From contig CAVRJY010000004.1 in NCBI GenBank assembly GCA_963721805.1, forward strand, positions 160,001 through 224,000: a DNA stretch of 64,000 nt. The letters are read 5' to 3'. Origin of the DNA: Nitrospirota bacterium (GTDB lineage Bacteria; Nitrospirota; Thermodesulfovibrionia; Thermodesulfovibrionales; JdFR-86). The notes beneath the pieces were generated by a model that did no database searches, had not been told where the DNA came from, and worked only from the letters and a program-made list of their open reading frames with translations. This document shows, in pieces, positions 39,972-50,212 of this stretch (positions are counted from its first letter, which is position 1; every line of letters begins with the position of its first letter). Made by a program: the position numbers and the translations under genes.

Positions 39972-40295
39972 TTAGCGCTTGCCGCTTAGGTAATCGCCGA
40001 GCAGGCCGCGCGAGTGCTCGTCGTCGTGGCAATATACGCAGAGGTTCTCCCAGTTCCCGCCGTCCGGGGGGTTGTTGCGCGGGTTTCCGTCTTTGTGGTG
40101 CACCGTGAGCAGGTGGCGGTCGGCGGTGCCGAACTCGCGGCCGCACTTGGCGCATATCAGGCCGTGGATGCGCAGCGACTGCTCGCGGTACGACGCGTTG
40201 CCGCCGGTCCTGGCCAGCTCATCTATGACCTCCCTGGCCGTCTTCTTCGGGGCCTCGGGCTGCTGCCCTATCGAATACCGCCTTGGCCTTTTCAT
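39972..40295 (-). CDS. yajD: YajD-family HNH nuclease
   Basis: YREQSL...CAKCGREF...LTVHHKD...NWENLCVYCHDDEH. Confidence 0.88.
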   Translation of the reverse strand: MKRPRRYSIGQQPEAPKKTAREVIDELARTGGNASYREQSLRIHGLICAKCGREFGTADRHLLTVHHKDGNPRNNPPDGGNWENLCVYCHDDEHSRGLLGDYLSGKR

Positions 40296-41044
40296 CCCGG
40301 CCTCATGTCGGCCAGAAACGGAAACTCCAGCCGCACCCTCGTGACCTCAAGCGGGTCGACCTCCGCGTAGACGACCTCGTCCACTCCGTGGGCGATGAGC
40401 TCCCCGGATGGGCCGAACGCGCACGAGTCGCCGGCGTATGCGATGCCGCCCCGGTCCGTCCCGGTGCGGTTGACCCCGAGCACGTAGCACTGGTTTTCTA
40501 TCGCCCGGGCCCGAAGCAGCGCGGCCCAATGGGCCGCCCTCGACGCGGGCCAGTTGGCGAGGAAAAACAGCGCGTCCACGCTGCCCGCCACCGGCCTGAC
40601 CGACTCCGGGAACCGCAAGTCATAGCATATGAAAGCGCTGGAGCGAAGCCCGTCGAGCTCGAAGACCGAGGGGGCTGTCCCGGCCTCGTAATGCCTGTGC
40701 TCTCCAAGCGGGCTGAAGGGGTGCATCTTGCTGTACAGGGAAACCCTCTTGCCCGTGCGGTCGTATGCAGCGGCGAGGTTGCGGCCCAGCGCGCCATCGG
40801 CGGCGGCCCCGGCATAGCCCGCGACTATCGCGATCCCGCACTCGGCGGCGATTGCAGAAAACGCCCGGTCAGAGGCGGCGCCCGATGGCGGGGGCTTCGG
40901 GAAAAATCCGGTCGTGGACATCTCCGGGAGCGCCGCGATTTGCGCACCCTCGTCCTTGGCGTGCCTGACGAGCGCGCCAATGCGGATGATGTTTTCTTCC
41001 TCGTCCCCCCACGTGGGGCTGAACTGCAAAAGCGCGATCCTCAT
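40292..41044 (-). CDS. Carbon-nitrogen hydrolase (nitrilase family)
   Basis: Catalytic triad motifs LPE, YSKMH and ICYDLRFPE; ARAIENQ. Confidence 0.92.
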   Translation of the reverse strand: MRIALLQFSPTWGDEEENIIRIGALVRHAKDEGAQIAALPEMSTTGFFPKPPPSGAASDRAFSAIAAECGIAIVAGYAGAAADGALGRNLAAAYDRTGKRVSLYSKMHPFSPLGEHRHYEAGTAPSVFELDGLRSSAFICYDLRFPESVRPVAGSVDALFFLANWPASRAAHWAALLRARAIENQCYVLGVNRTGTDRGGIAYAGDSCAFGPSGELIAHGVDEVVYAEVDPLEVTRVRLEFPFLADMRPG

Positions 41045-41053
41045 GCCGCCCGC

Positions 41054-42316
41054 CTATCCCGGATACCGCGCGGCTATGGCGCGTATCGCGTCTATGTTCT
41101 CAAAGAAAGCCTCGATCATCTCGGGGTCGAAATGCGTACCCGCGTCCGCGCGCATCGTCTCAAGCACCCTCTCGATATCCCACGGCTCCTTGTACGCGCG
41201 GCGCGAGCTCAGGGCGTCAAAGACGTCCGCTATCGTCACGACGCGGCCGAAGGGGTGTATTTCCTCGGCGCGCTTGCGGCGCGCCTTGCCGTCGGCGTCC
41301 GCATAGCCCTCCATGGGGCTCCCGTCGCCGATATTGACGTAACCCGGATACCCGGTCCCGTCCCATTTCTCGTGGTGCTCGAGGGCCACGATGATCGAGG
41401 CCTCGTCGTATTCCGAATACATCTCCCCGAACAGGCAAGCGCCCATGCGCGAGTGCTGCTGCATGACGGCCGTCTCCTCGGGGTCGAGGCGGCCGGGCTT
41501 TTTGAGCACTACGTCCGGGATTGCGATCTTGCCTACGTCGTGCAGCATCGCGGCCATGCGCAGCATGTCGCGGTGGTGCTGGATCTGGTCTTCGGGGATG
41601 CCGCGCCTGCGGGCCCAGGTCTCGTAGATCTCGACCGCGTAGGCGGCCACGCGGTTGACGTGCGCCCCGGTCTCCTTCGGGTCGCGGAGCGCCGACATGT
41701 TAATCATGCGCATTATCATCGCGCGGGTCATCTGCGCGCGCTCGATCGCGGTAGCCGCGAAATGAGCCATGTGCATGACCAGGGGCTCGTCCTCCGCCCT
41801 GAAGACCGTGTCCCTGCCTCCGGGGCCGGTGGCGTTAATCAGCTGCAGGACGCCGACGATCCCCCCGCGCGTGTTTTTCAGCGGCACCGTGAGCATCGAG
41901 CGCGTGCGGTATCCGGCGGCCACGTCATAGTGCCTGCGAAAGTGGTACGGCACGCCGGGCGGCAGTTCGTAGGCGTCCGGGATGTTGAGGATCTCCCCGG
42001 AGATCGCAACGTACCCGGCGATGCTCTGGTCGCTGATCTGGATCGTGAAGGTCGAGTACGGCAGCTTCCTGCCGGGGGGCAGCGCGGCCTGCAGCGTTGC
42101 GTTTTGCGTGTTGCTGAACTTTAGGGCGTTTTCCTCCCGGATGTAAATCGATCCGGCGTCGGCGCCCACGAAGGCCCGCGCCTCCGATAGCACGAGTTCG
42201 AGCAGCATGTCGAGGTCCTTTATCCGACCGAGCTCCTGCGAGAGCTCGATGAGCCTCTCGTAGCGCTCCTCCTGGATGGGGCCGTGCCCGGCCGCTGACG
42301 CGCACTCCGTTTGCAT
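41054..42316 (-). CDS. GAF + HD-GYP phosphodiesterase
   Basis: GAF domain (YRTRSML); LHDVGK and HHEKWDGTGYP. Confidence 0.92.
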   Translation of the reverse strand: MQTECASAAGHGPIQEERYERLIELSQELGRIKDLDMLLELVLSEARAFVGADAGSIYIREENALKFSNTQNATLQAALPPGRKLPYSTFTIQISDQSIAGYVAISGEILNIPDAYELPPGVPYHFRRHYDVAAGYRTRSMLTVPLKNTRGGIVGVLQLINATGPGGRDTVFRAEDEPLVMHMAHFAATAIERAQMTRAMIMRMINMSALRDPKETGAHVNRVAAYAVEIYETWARRRGIPEDQIQHHRDMLRMAAMLHDVGKIAIPDVVLKKPGRLDPEETAVMQQHSRMGACLFGEMYSEYDEASIIVALEHHEKWDGTGYPGYVNIGDGSPMEGYADADGKARRKRAEEIHPFGRVVTIADVFDALSSRRAYKEPWDIERVLETMRADAGTHFDPEMIEAFFENIDAIRAIAARYPG

Positions 42317-42328
42317 CTCATTAATCTA

Positions 42329-43189
42329 TCAGAGCTGCCGTGGAAGGTCAACCGCGGCCGCCGTTTGAGTGGCACAGGTCCACAGCCCCTCGCGGCCCGC
42401 AAACACGGCCTCGGCCGCGCGCGCGGCCGCCTCGGTGCCGAAGACTCCAAAGATGGTCGAGCCGCTGCCGCTCATGGCGCTGAACATGGCCCCTGCCTCG
42501 AGCAGCTCGGCCTTCAGGGCGCGCAGCTCGGGATGCAGGGCGAAGACCGGCGCTTCGAGGTCGTTGCGCAGGGCCCTGCGCATCTCGGCCGGGTCGTCGC
42601 CCTCTATCGCCTTGATCAGCTCGAGCGCGTCGTCGTGCGGCTCTGAGTAGCCCTTCACTCCCTTATATGCAATACCGCTGGAAACGCCTGTGTTTGGTTT
42701 TAGGAGCAGCAGGTGCCTTGCCCTCCAAAGCGGCATCGAGGTGAGCCTCTCGCCCCTGCCCTCGGCGAGAGCGCAGGGCGAGCCCAGGAAGAACGGGACG
42801 TCCGAGCCGAGCCGGGCCGCAAGCGGCGCAAGCCCGCCGCACGGCAGGTCCCATAGCTTTGCGAGCCCCGCAAGCGCGGCCGCGGCGTCCGCGCTCCCGC
42901 CCCCGAGCCCCGCGGCAAGCGGAATGCGCTTAAGCAGGGTGATCCGCGCGCCGCCCCTTACGCCGGCGTGCTCCCTCAGCAGCACGGCCGCGCGGTATAC
43001 GAGGTTCTCTTCCGTCGGGATCGGGGCTTTGGTTACCAGCTCGATATCTTGCGCGGCGCGCTCGATGCGCAGGTCGTCGTGGAGGTCTATGAGGCTCATG
43101 AGGCTCTGTATCTCGTGGAACCCGTCGTCGCGCAGCCCCAGCACCCGCAGCGACCAGTTGATCTTGGCGTTGGCGCGGAGCGTGATCAT
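42329..43189 (-). CDS. ispE: 4-diphosphocytidyl-2-C-methyl-D-erythritol kinase
   Basis: Motifs AKINW, GLGGGSAD, LGSDVPFF and MSGSG. Confidence 0.95.
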   Translation of the reverse strand: MITLRANAKINWSLRVLGLRDDGFHEIQSLMSLIDLHDDLRIERAAQDIELVTKAPIPTEENLVYRAAVLLREHAGVRGGARITLLKRIPLAAGLGGGSADAAAALAGLAKLWDLPCGGLAPLAARLGSDVPFFLGSPCALAEGRGERLTSMPLWRARHLLLLKPNTGVSSGIAYKGVKGYSEPHDDALELIKAIEGDDPAEMRRALRNDLEAPVFALHPELRALKAELLEAGAMFSAMSGSGSTIFGVFGTEAAARAAEAVFAGREGLWTCATQTAAAVDLPRQL

Positions 43190-43202
43190 CAGCGGGCCGT
43201 CA

Positions 43203-44915
43203 TCACTGCTTCGATTTCAGCAGGGCGTCGATCTTGCCCTGCACGCGCGCGGTCACGTTGCTTTCTTCGTCGTCGTATTTGATGGCCGATCTCCAGGCCG
43301 AGAGAGCGGCTTCGCGGTCGCCGAGGGCGTTCTCTATGTCGCCCAGGTGCTCGTACAGCACCGGGTCGTTGTTCGTGATCGCGACCGCGCGCTTGAGCTC
43401 GACGAGGGCCTCGTCGAGCCGCCCGAGCCTGAAATAGACCCAGCCCAGGCTGTCGATGAAATACGCGCTGTCGGGCCTCTGGGCAAGGGCGCGCTTGACG
43501 AGCGAGAGCGCCTCGTCGAGGTTGACCCCCTTGTCGGCGTATGAATAGCCTAGGTAGTTAAGCGCGTCCGCGTGGCCGGGCTCTATCGAGATGACCTTCC
43601 TGAGGTCCGCGACCATGTCGTCGAACCGCCCGGTCTTCTCGGCCACCACGGCGCGGCTGAAGTACAGGTCCGCGTCATCGGGCGCGAGCTTAAGCCCCTT
43701 CTCTATGACATCCGAGGCGGCCTTATAGTCCTTCTTCTGGATATAGACGCGCGCAAGGTTGTCGTACGTATCGGGCCGCGACGCGTCGCGCTTCAGCTCC
43801 GAGAGGAAGACCTCTACCGCCTTGTCGTAACGCTTGAGGTGCATATAAATGAAGCCGAGGTGGTCGTAAGGGACGAGGCTGTCCGGGCCGGTGTCTATCG
43901 CCTTTTGCAGCGACACTATCGCATCGTCGTATTTCTCGCGGCGCTCCAGCGTGACGCCCAGATAGGTAAGCGCGGTGGCGTCCTCGGGCTCCGAGGCGAG
44001 AATGCCCCGAAACTCGGCCTCGGCCTCGGCGAGCTTGCCGGTCTCCAGGTACACCAGCCCGAGCTTCTTGGATATGTTCAGGTTCGAGGGTACGCGGGCC
44101 GCGAGCTTCTTGAGCGCCGCTATCGCGGCATCGTAGGAGCCCTTCTTGATATAGAGCTGCGAGAGGCGGTCCAGCGCGGTGAGGTCGTCGTCCGTGGCCT
44201 CGATGATCTTGTTGTATATGGCCTCGGCGTCGCCGGTCTTGCCTTCGGTCTCGTCGAGCGCGGCGAGGTCGAGCATGGCCTGGTAGTTATCGGGCTTGAG
44301 CTCTATCGAGCGCTCGATATACTTGCGCGCTTCCTTGTAGTCCTTGGTGGTCATCGCGATCACGCCCAGGTAATAGACCGCGGTGGAGTTGTTCGGGTCG
44401 CGCCCAAGGAGCGTCCTTAAGGTGTCGGAGGCGTCCTTGAGGTCGCCGTCGGCCGCGAGCAGCACCGCGAGGTGTATGTATGCCGCGCTCTCGGCCGGGG
44501 CGGCCTTGATCGCGTCGCGGTAGCTCTGTACCGCGCTCTTGTGGTCGCCCTTCTGGACGTATATGCGCGCCATATCGAAGTAGGGCTCGGGGTCCGAGGG
44601 GTTAAGCGCGGCGGCCTTGCGCGCAGTGGAGATCGCATCGTCGGTGCGGCCCAGCTTATCGTAGACCCCGCTGAGCTCCATCATGAGGAAGGCGGAGTCC
44701 GGGTCGAGTGCGAGCGCTGCCTCGTAACCCTTGAGCGCGTCATCGAGGCGGCCGGTTATCTCGGCCTGATATCCCAGGATGTAGTCATAATATGCGCCGG
44801 GCGGCGGGAGCTGCGGCTCAGGCCTGCCGGCCTCGGTGATCTGGCCGCCGGTTGCGCAGGCGGTGAGGGCAAGGGGAATCAGAAGCGCGAAGAGCAGGTG
44901 GCGTATTATCTTCAT
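43203..44915 (-). CDS. TPR repeat lipoprotein
   Basis: Lipobox LTAC; many TPRs; ALNYLGY...DSLGW; lies upstream of ispE. Confidence 0.88.
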   Translation of the reverse strand: MKIIRHLLFALLIPLALTACATGGQITEAGRPEPQLPPPGAYYDYILGYQAEITGRLDDALKGYEAALALDPDSAFLMMELSGVYDKLGRTDDAISTARKAAALNPSDPEPYFDMARIYVQKGDHKSAVQSYRDAIKAAPAESAAYIHLAVLLAADGDLKDASDTLRTLLGRDPNNSTAVYYLGVIAMTTKDYKEARKYIERSIELKPDNYQAMLDLAALDETEGKTGDAEAIYNKIIEATDDDLTALDRLSQLYIKKGSYDAAIAALKKLAARVPSNLNISKKLGLVYLETGKLAEAEAEFRGILASEPEDATALTYLGVTLERREKYDDAIVSLQKAIDTGPDSLVPYDHLGFIYMHLKRYDKAVEVFLSELKRDASRPDTYDNLARVYIQKKDYKAASDVIEKGLKLAPDDADLYFSRAVVAEKTGRFDDMVADLRKVISIEPGHADALNYLGYSYADKGVNLDEALSLVKRALAQRPDSAYFIDSLGWVYFRLGRLDEALVELKRAVAITNNDPVLYEHLGDIENALGDREAALSAWRSAIKYDDEESNVTARVQGKIDALLKSKQ

Positions 44916-44950
44916 AATATCCCCATTATCGCACGAACTCCGAGAGGTGG

Positions 44951-45676
44951 TCAAACCGGCCTGGCCGGTCTCCTCGCGCCGGAGATCAGGTTGAGCGTCT
45001 CGACCAGCCCCGAGAAGCCCATCGCGAAATATATGTAGCCCTTGGGGATATGATACTGCATGCCCTCGGCCACCAGCGTCACGCCGACCATCATAAGGAA
45101 GCTCAGGGCCAGCATCTTGACCGACGGGTGGCGGTGGATGAAGCGGCTGATAGCCCCCGAGGCGGCGAGCATTATCAGGAGCGCTATGACCACTGCCGCG
45201 GCCATCACGCCGAGCATCTGCGCCATCCCGATGGCCGTTATCACCGAATCGAGCGAAAACACGATATCGAGGAGCACTATCTGGGCCACGACCGGGGCGA
45301 ACGCCGCGCGGCCCCGGGCAGCCGCGGCGCCAGGGCCGGAGGCCTCGTCCATCGCGGCGTGGACCTCGCGCGTGGACTTTACTATCAAAAACAGCCCGCC
45401 TGAGAGCATTATCAGATCGCGCGCCGAGACCCCGCGGCCCAGCGCGGTGAACAGCGGCGCGGTCAGCCCCGCAAGCCAGACGAGGGCGAACAGCAGCAGC
45501 AGGCGGGTCACGAGCGCGAGGGAGAGCCCCACCGTGCGCGCCCGGCCCTGCTCGCGCTCGTGGAGCCGCCCGCTCAGGATCGAGATGACGACTATGTTGT
45601 CGATGCCGAGTATGATCTCAAGCGCGGTGAGCGTTGCGAGGCTGATCCATATCTGCGCGTCTCCAACCCAGCCCAT
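44951..45676 (-). CDS. TerC family membrane protein
   Basis: Motifs LEIILGIDN and DIVFSLDSVITA. Confidence 0.92.
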   Translation of the reverse strand: MGWVGDAQIWISLATLTALEIILGIDNIVVISILSGRLHEREQGRARTVGLSLALVTRLLLLFALVWLAGLTAPLFTALGRGVSARDLIMLSGGLFLIVKSTREVHAAMDEASGPGAAAARGRAAFAPVVAQIVLLDIVFSLDSVITAIGMAQMLGVMAAAVVIALLIMLAASGAISRFIHRHPSVKMLALSFLMMVGVTLVAEGMQYHIPKGYIYFAMGFSGLVETLNLISGARRPARPV

Positions 45677-45736
45677 AACCGCCCTCCCTTAATGGCGCGA
45701 TCTCTCCGGCAAATCAGTATTGTAGATGTTTTCATA

Positions 45737-45786
45737 AAAAAACGCTGCGGCCGTACGCCCTCTCGGGGATATCGTGCCGCAGCGGT
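45737..45786 (-). terminator. Intrinsic terminator after the peptide gene
   Basis: Minus strand cgctgcggc...gccgcagcg followed by a T-tract. Confidence 0.65.
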
Positions 45787-45810
45787 TTGCGTTGATGCGG
45801 AGCCAGGCTT

Positions 45811-45873
45811 TTAGCAGGAGCCCTTGCACTTGCAAGTGGTCGAGCACTTCTTCTCGGATTTCTTGATTGTCAC
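45811..45873 (-). CDS. 20-aa Cys-rich peptide MTIKKSEKKCSTTCKCKGSC, candidate RiPP precursor
   Basis: Strong AAGGAGGTG RBS; GTG start overlaps the rSAM TGA stop (GTGA); terminator downstream. Confidence 0.75.
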   Translation of the reverse strand: MTIKKSEKKCSTTCKCKGSC

Positions 45874-47033
45874 AGCGCTACACCTCCTTCCGGCAAGTGG
45901 TCTTTCCTAATTTTATCATAGTATGCGCATTTGTAAAGGTCAGGCCCAAACGGCGTTGCGGCGCGGAATCTGCACCCTCCCCGGCAGTCCTCGAGGAACT
46001 CGCAGCCGCACTCAAGGGACTCCAGCCTGAGCTCCGGAAGCCGCGCCCATGCCGCGCCAAGCCCCTCGTCTATCCCGCCTAGCGGCTCGGAGGAATAAAA
46101 CAGGCACTTCGCGCACTTGCCCGAGGCCGAGACTGACATCAGGTGCCGTCCGCAGCCGTACCGGCCCTCGTCGCCCCCGCCGTGAAGACCCGCGCCAAAG
46201 CCGTATCCGAAATACGGCCCTGCCTCCTGCGGGCTCAGGCTGAGCTCCGGGTGCAGGGCGAGCGCGCCCCGGACGACCGGCACGTCCACGGTCCAGTCCC
46301 TTATGCCCATCGACACGAACAGCTTGTCCATCGCATCGAAGTCCCCGAGGTTGCCCCTGTGCACCATGGTCGAGACCGAGACCTGCATCCCCAGCTCGAG
46401 CGCCTCGCGTACGGCATGCATCGCCTTGTCGTACGAGCCCGCGCCGCGCAGCGAGTCGTGGGCCCTGCCCATCCCGTCTATGCTCACCTGGAGTCTCGTG
46501 CGCGTTAAGCAGGCTCAGGCGCTTGCGGTCACAGAGCGTGCCGTTCGTAAACAGCACGAAGCGCAGGCCGAACTCCGGCAGCATGCGGTTGATCTCGTCA
46601 AAGTGGGGGTGCATCAGGGGCTCTCCGCCGGTGAGCATCACGCGCAGGCCCTGCATCCGCTCGAACTCCGCGAGCACGCGGCGTATGCGCCCGGGCGCAA
46701 GGTCGGTCCGCCCCCCTGGCCCAGATAGCAATGTCCGCAGCGCAGGTTGCAGCGGTCCGTCAGCTGGAGTTCCAGATACCGCAGAGAGGGCGCTGGGGAC
46801 TGCGCTACCGGCGGGTGCGGGCCGCGCGGGCCGGCCGGGGTGAGGATGCCCTCCCCGACGCAGTACCGCGTGAACTCCTCGTCCGGGAACTCCGCCCCAT
46901 CGGGGCCGGCCGCGGCTATAAGCGCGCTTGCGCCCTCGTCGTCGAGTTCGAAGAGCTCGTCGGACTCGATGTGGTAGACCGACGGGGCCTCCAGCCTCTT
47001 TATCGCGGCCTCGCTCGAGAGATAGTGCCTCAT
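45870..47033 (-). CDS. Radical SAM/SPASM protein with RRE-like N-terminus; two compensating frameshifts (near 46713 and 46494)
   Basis: CNLRCGHC, LTGGEP, FTNG, SIDG and SPASM-like C...C...CxCxxxxxCxGGC...C. Split across three ORF-track entries. Confidence 0.85.
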
Positions 47034-47127
47034 CGCTTAATTATATCCCACTTTAGCCGCGGGTCAAGATGGACTGGCCGATGAATTGGTGGTAAGCTTA
47101 AACCGATACCCTTGCGCTGAGAAACCC

Positions 47128-49131
47128 ATGGATATGGATAAGGTTTTTTTTAAACAATGGATGCTTCTTGTCTCCGTGCTCGGGCTGTTCGGCGCGGGGC
47201 TCGGCATTGACCTCTATTCGGACCATAGCCGGCTCGACAGGGTCGAGCTCGACCGGCTCGGGGTTCAGGCCAGGGTGGTCGGAGAGAACCTCGACCGCCA
47301 GCTGGTCGCGACGTATGATTCGCTCAAGGATATAGTGCAGGACATCCCGGCGTGGAGGCAGCCTGACGGCAGCTATTCAGCCAGGGCCAACCGAAGGCTC
47401 GATGAGATAAACGACGCCATACCCGGCATCAGGTCGCTGCTCATACTCGACCGCGACGGCATAGTGCGCGCGTCGAACCGGCCCGAGCTGATAGGCCGGG
47501 ACTTCAGCCGGAGGGCTTACTTCAAGGTCCCGATGCGCGGAAATGCCCCCGGCATGCTCTATCTGACCCCGCCGTTTTATTCCGTGCTCGGGACATACGT
47601 GATGAACCTCTCCCGCGCGCTTCAGGACCCGGAGGGCGAATTCGACGGCGTGCTCACGGCCTCGCTCGACCCGGAGTACTTCACTACCCTGCTTCAGTCT
47701 GTGCGGTACGCGCTGGACATGCGGGTATATATCGCGCACAGCGAGGGCCAGCTCTTTACCATGGTGCCGGTGCAGGACGGGCAGGCCGGAAGGAACCTCA
47801 ACAGGCCGGGCTCGCTCTTTAACCGCCACATCGAAAGCGGGAGGCTGGAGAACATCCTCACAGGCAGGGCGCAGATCACCGGCGGGGTGAGGATCGCCGC
47901 GCTCCGGACGGTCAACCCCACGGCCGCGCATATGGACAAGGGCATGGTCGTCTCGGTCAGCCGCGACCCTCACGCCATATTCGAGGGCTGGCGGCTGGAC
48001 CTCGCCGTGCGCACCTTCGCCTATCTCGTGATCTCCTCTATCGCGGTGTTCTGGCTCAGGGTCTACCAGCGCGGCGTCCGCGTCACGGCAATCGAGGCCG
48101 CCGCCTCGCTCGATGCGCTCAAGGAGAGCGAGGCCCGCTTCAGGAGCCTGTTTGAGAGGGTCAACGTGATCTCGATGCTCATCGACCCCGAGGACGGCTG
48201 CATAGTCGACGCCAACCCCACGGCCGAGGCGTATTACGGCTGGCCGCGCGCCGAACTCGTCCGAAAGTCGATATTCGATCTCAGCTCGGTCCTGCCCGAG
48301 GAGGTACGCCAGAGGATGCAGCAGGTCCTAAACGGGCAGTTGAGCTACATCGTCTCGGGCCACAGGAGGGCCGACGGCAGCGTCCGCGACGTGGAGCTGT
48401 ATTCCGGGCCGGTACAGGTGCACGGAAAGACCCTGCTATATGCCATCGTCCACGACATCACCGAGCGCAGGCAGGCCGAGGAGGCGCTGAAGAAATCCCT
48501 CATGGAAAAGGAGATGCTCGTGCGAGAGAGCCACCACCGGGTCAAGAACAACCTGGTGGTCATACAGAGCCTCCTGAAGCTCCAGGCCGCCCAGACCGGG
48601 GACTCGGCGGCCAGGGCGGTCCTGACCGAGAGCCAGGACCGCGTCAGGGCGATGGGGATGATCCACGAACAGCTGTACCGGTCGCGGGACCTCTCGACGG
48701 TCAACTTCGCCGAATACCTCAGAAACCTCGTCAGCCAGATATACCAAAGCTTCAGGGCCGGGGGCTCAAGCGTCAAGCTCCGCATGGAGATCCCGGAGAT
48801 AACGCTCGACGTCGACACGGTGATCCCCTGCGGGCTCATCGTCAACGAGCTCGTGACGAACGCGCTTAAATACGCCTTCCCCGACGAACGCCCCGGAGAG
48901 CTTTACGTCGGCATCGAGGACGCGCCGGAAGGCGGCTACGTCCTGGTCGTCAGGGACAACGGCGTGGGGATGCCCGGCGGCATCGACATAAATAACACGA
49001 AGACCCTCGGGATGCGGATAGTCACGATGCTCTCGCAGCAGATCGGGCGCGAGGCCGGGCTCAGGACCGGCGGCGGCACCGAGTTCCGCATATACCTGCC
49101 TCCCAGGGGCGAGGGACAGCCTCCGGCATAA
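47128..49131 (+). CDS. Cache + PAS + HisKA_2-type sensor histidine kinase
   Basis: Two TM segments; DFSRRAYF; PAS ending in HDITER; ESHHRVKNNL, NELVTNA and DNGVG. Confidence 0.92.
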   Translation: MDMDKVFFKQWMLLVSVLGLFGAGLGIDLYSDHSRLDRVELDRLGVQARVVGENLDRQLVATYDSLKDIVQDIPAWRQPDGSYSARANRRLDEINDAIPGIRSLLILDRDGIVRASNRPELIGRDFSRRAYFKVPMRGNAPGMLYLTPPFYSVLGTYVMNLSRALQDPEGEFDGVLTASLDPEYFTTLLQSVRYALDMRVYIAHSEGQLFTMVPVQDGQAGRNLNRPGSLFNRHIESGRLENILTGRAQITGGVRIAALRTVNPTAAHMDKGMVVSVSRDPHAIFEGWRLDLAVRTFAYLVISSIAVFWLRVYQRGVRVTAIEAAASLDALKESEARFRSLFERVNVISMLIDPEDGCIVDANPTAEAYYGWPRAELVRKSIFDLSSVLPEEVRQRMQQVLNGQLSYIVSGHRRADGSVRDVELYSGPVQVHGKTLLYAIVHDITERRQAEEALKKSLMEKEMLVRESHHRVKNNLVVIQSLLKLQAAQTGDSAARAVLTESQDRVRAMGMIHEQLYRSRDLSTVNFAEYLRNLVSQIYQSFRAGGSSVKLRMEIPEITLDVDTVIPCGLIVNELVTNALKYAFPDERPGELYVGIEDAPEGGYVLVVRDNGVGMPGGIDINNTKTLGMRIVTMLSQQIGREAGLRTGGGTEFRIYLPPRGEGQPPA

Positions 49132-49180
49132 GGCCGCCCCCTTCACGTTTTCTTTACATTCCACCTGTAAAATATATGCC

Positions 49181-49462
49181 ATGCGAATAAGATTTTCCAC
49201 ATCCATGCCGCCAGAGGAGCTTCACTCGCTTATAAAGGCCGAGGCCGAGTGCCGCGGCCTAGCCTTCAGGGGAGACGCCTACGCCGGCACCCTTGACGTG
49301 ATGGGCGTGAGGCTGCGTTATTCATACAGGGAGAGGTCGGTTGAGGTGATAGTGCTCAAAAAACCGTTTTATGTCCCGGCCTCGGCCATCAAGCGAGAGA
49401 TGATAAAATTCTACTCTTACCTGCGGGCAAGGGGCGCGGCGCTCAGGGAGTTGAAGGCGTGA
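49181..49462 (+). CDS. Hypothetical protein
   Basis: 93-aa ORF overlapping the next gene (GTGA). Confidence 0.6.
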   Translation: MRIRFSTSMPPEELHSLIKAEAECRGLAFRGDAYAGTLDVMGVRLRYSYRERSVEVIVLKKPFYVPASAIKREMIKFYSYLRARGAALRELKA

Positions 49463-50187
49463 GGCGCCGCGCCGCGCTGCTCATGGCCGCGCTGTGCCTT
49501 GGCCTGTTATGCCCCGCGACGTCCCATGCCCAAGACGAGGCCGGCCGCGTCATCCAGCGGGCCCGCGCTGCATACGCAAATATCGGCGACTACACGTGCA
49601 GCTTCAGCAAGAAGGAGTCCGTAAAAGGGGAGTTCTCCGTGGAGGAGCGCAATATCTTCCTTAAATACAAAAAAGGCCCTAACATCTACATGATGTGGAC
49701 CGAGGGCGATATGCGCGGCACCGAGGCCATATACCCCGACATCGCAAATGCGAGCGACAAGGTCGTCGTACATGGCGGCGGGCTGCTGCCGGCCGTAACG
49801 CTGAGGCTCGACCCCTCCGGCGACATGGCGATGAACCGGAGCCGCCACCCGATAACCGAGGTCGGCATCGGGTATCTGATAGACCAGATAGACCGCAACT
49901 ACCGGCTCTCGAAGACCACTAAAGAAGGCAGCGTCACATGCCAGGGCACCGAGCTCGTAGAGGGCCGCAGGGCCACTCACCTGAAGGCTCGCTTCCCTGA
50001 AAATTCCTCGTTCTACGGCCCGGATATAGACGTCTACTTCGACGAGGCCAGCTCATTGCCCGTTTTGATGCAGCTCCGGGATGCCTCCGGCGAGATCGTA
50101 GAGGAATATGCATACAAAGACATCCGCATAAACGTTGGGCTTGCCAGGACGGACTTCGATCCCGGGAACCCTCAATACAGATACTGA
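49459..50187 (+). CDS. DUF1571 / LolA-like secreted protein
   Basis: Signal peptide; DYTCSFSKKE, RHPITEVG and EEYAYKDI. Confidence 0.75.
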   Translation: MRRRAALLMAALCLGLLCPATSHAQDEAGRVIQRARAAYANIGDYTCSFSKKESVKGEFSVEERNIFLKYKKGPNIYMMWTEGDMRGTEAIYPDIANASDKVVVHGGGLLPAVTLRLDPSGDMAMNRSRHPITEVGIGYLIDQIDRNYRLSKTTKEGSVTCQGTELVEGRRATHLKARFPENSSFYGPDIDVYFDEASSLPVLMQLRDASGEIVEEYAYKDIRINVGLARTDFDPGNPQYRY

Positions 50188-50212
50188 GCACCGCGGGCAT
50201 TTTGATTTTATT

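Noticed and set aside
40283..42124. Long antisense or alternate-frame ORFs (also 9046-10617, 10768-12561, 36133-37488 and many opposite the autotransporter)
   Set aside because: These are shadow ORFs caused by high GC3 codon bias opposite well-supported genes.
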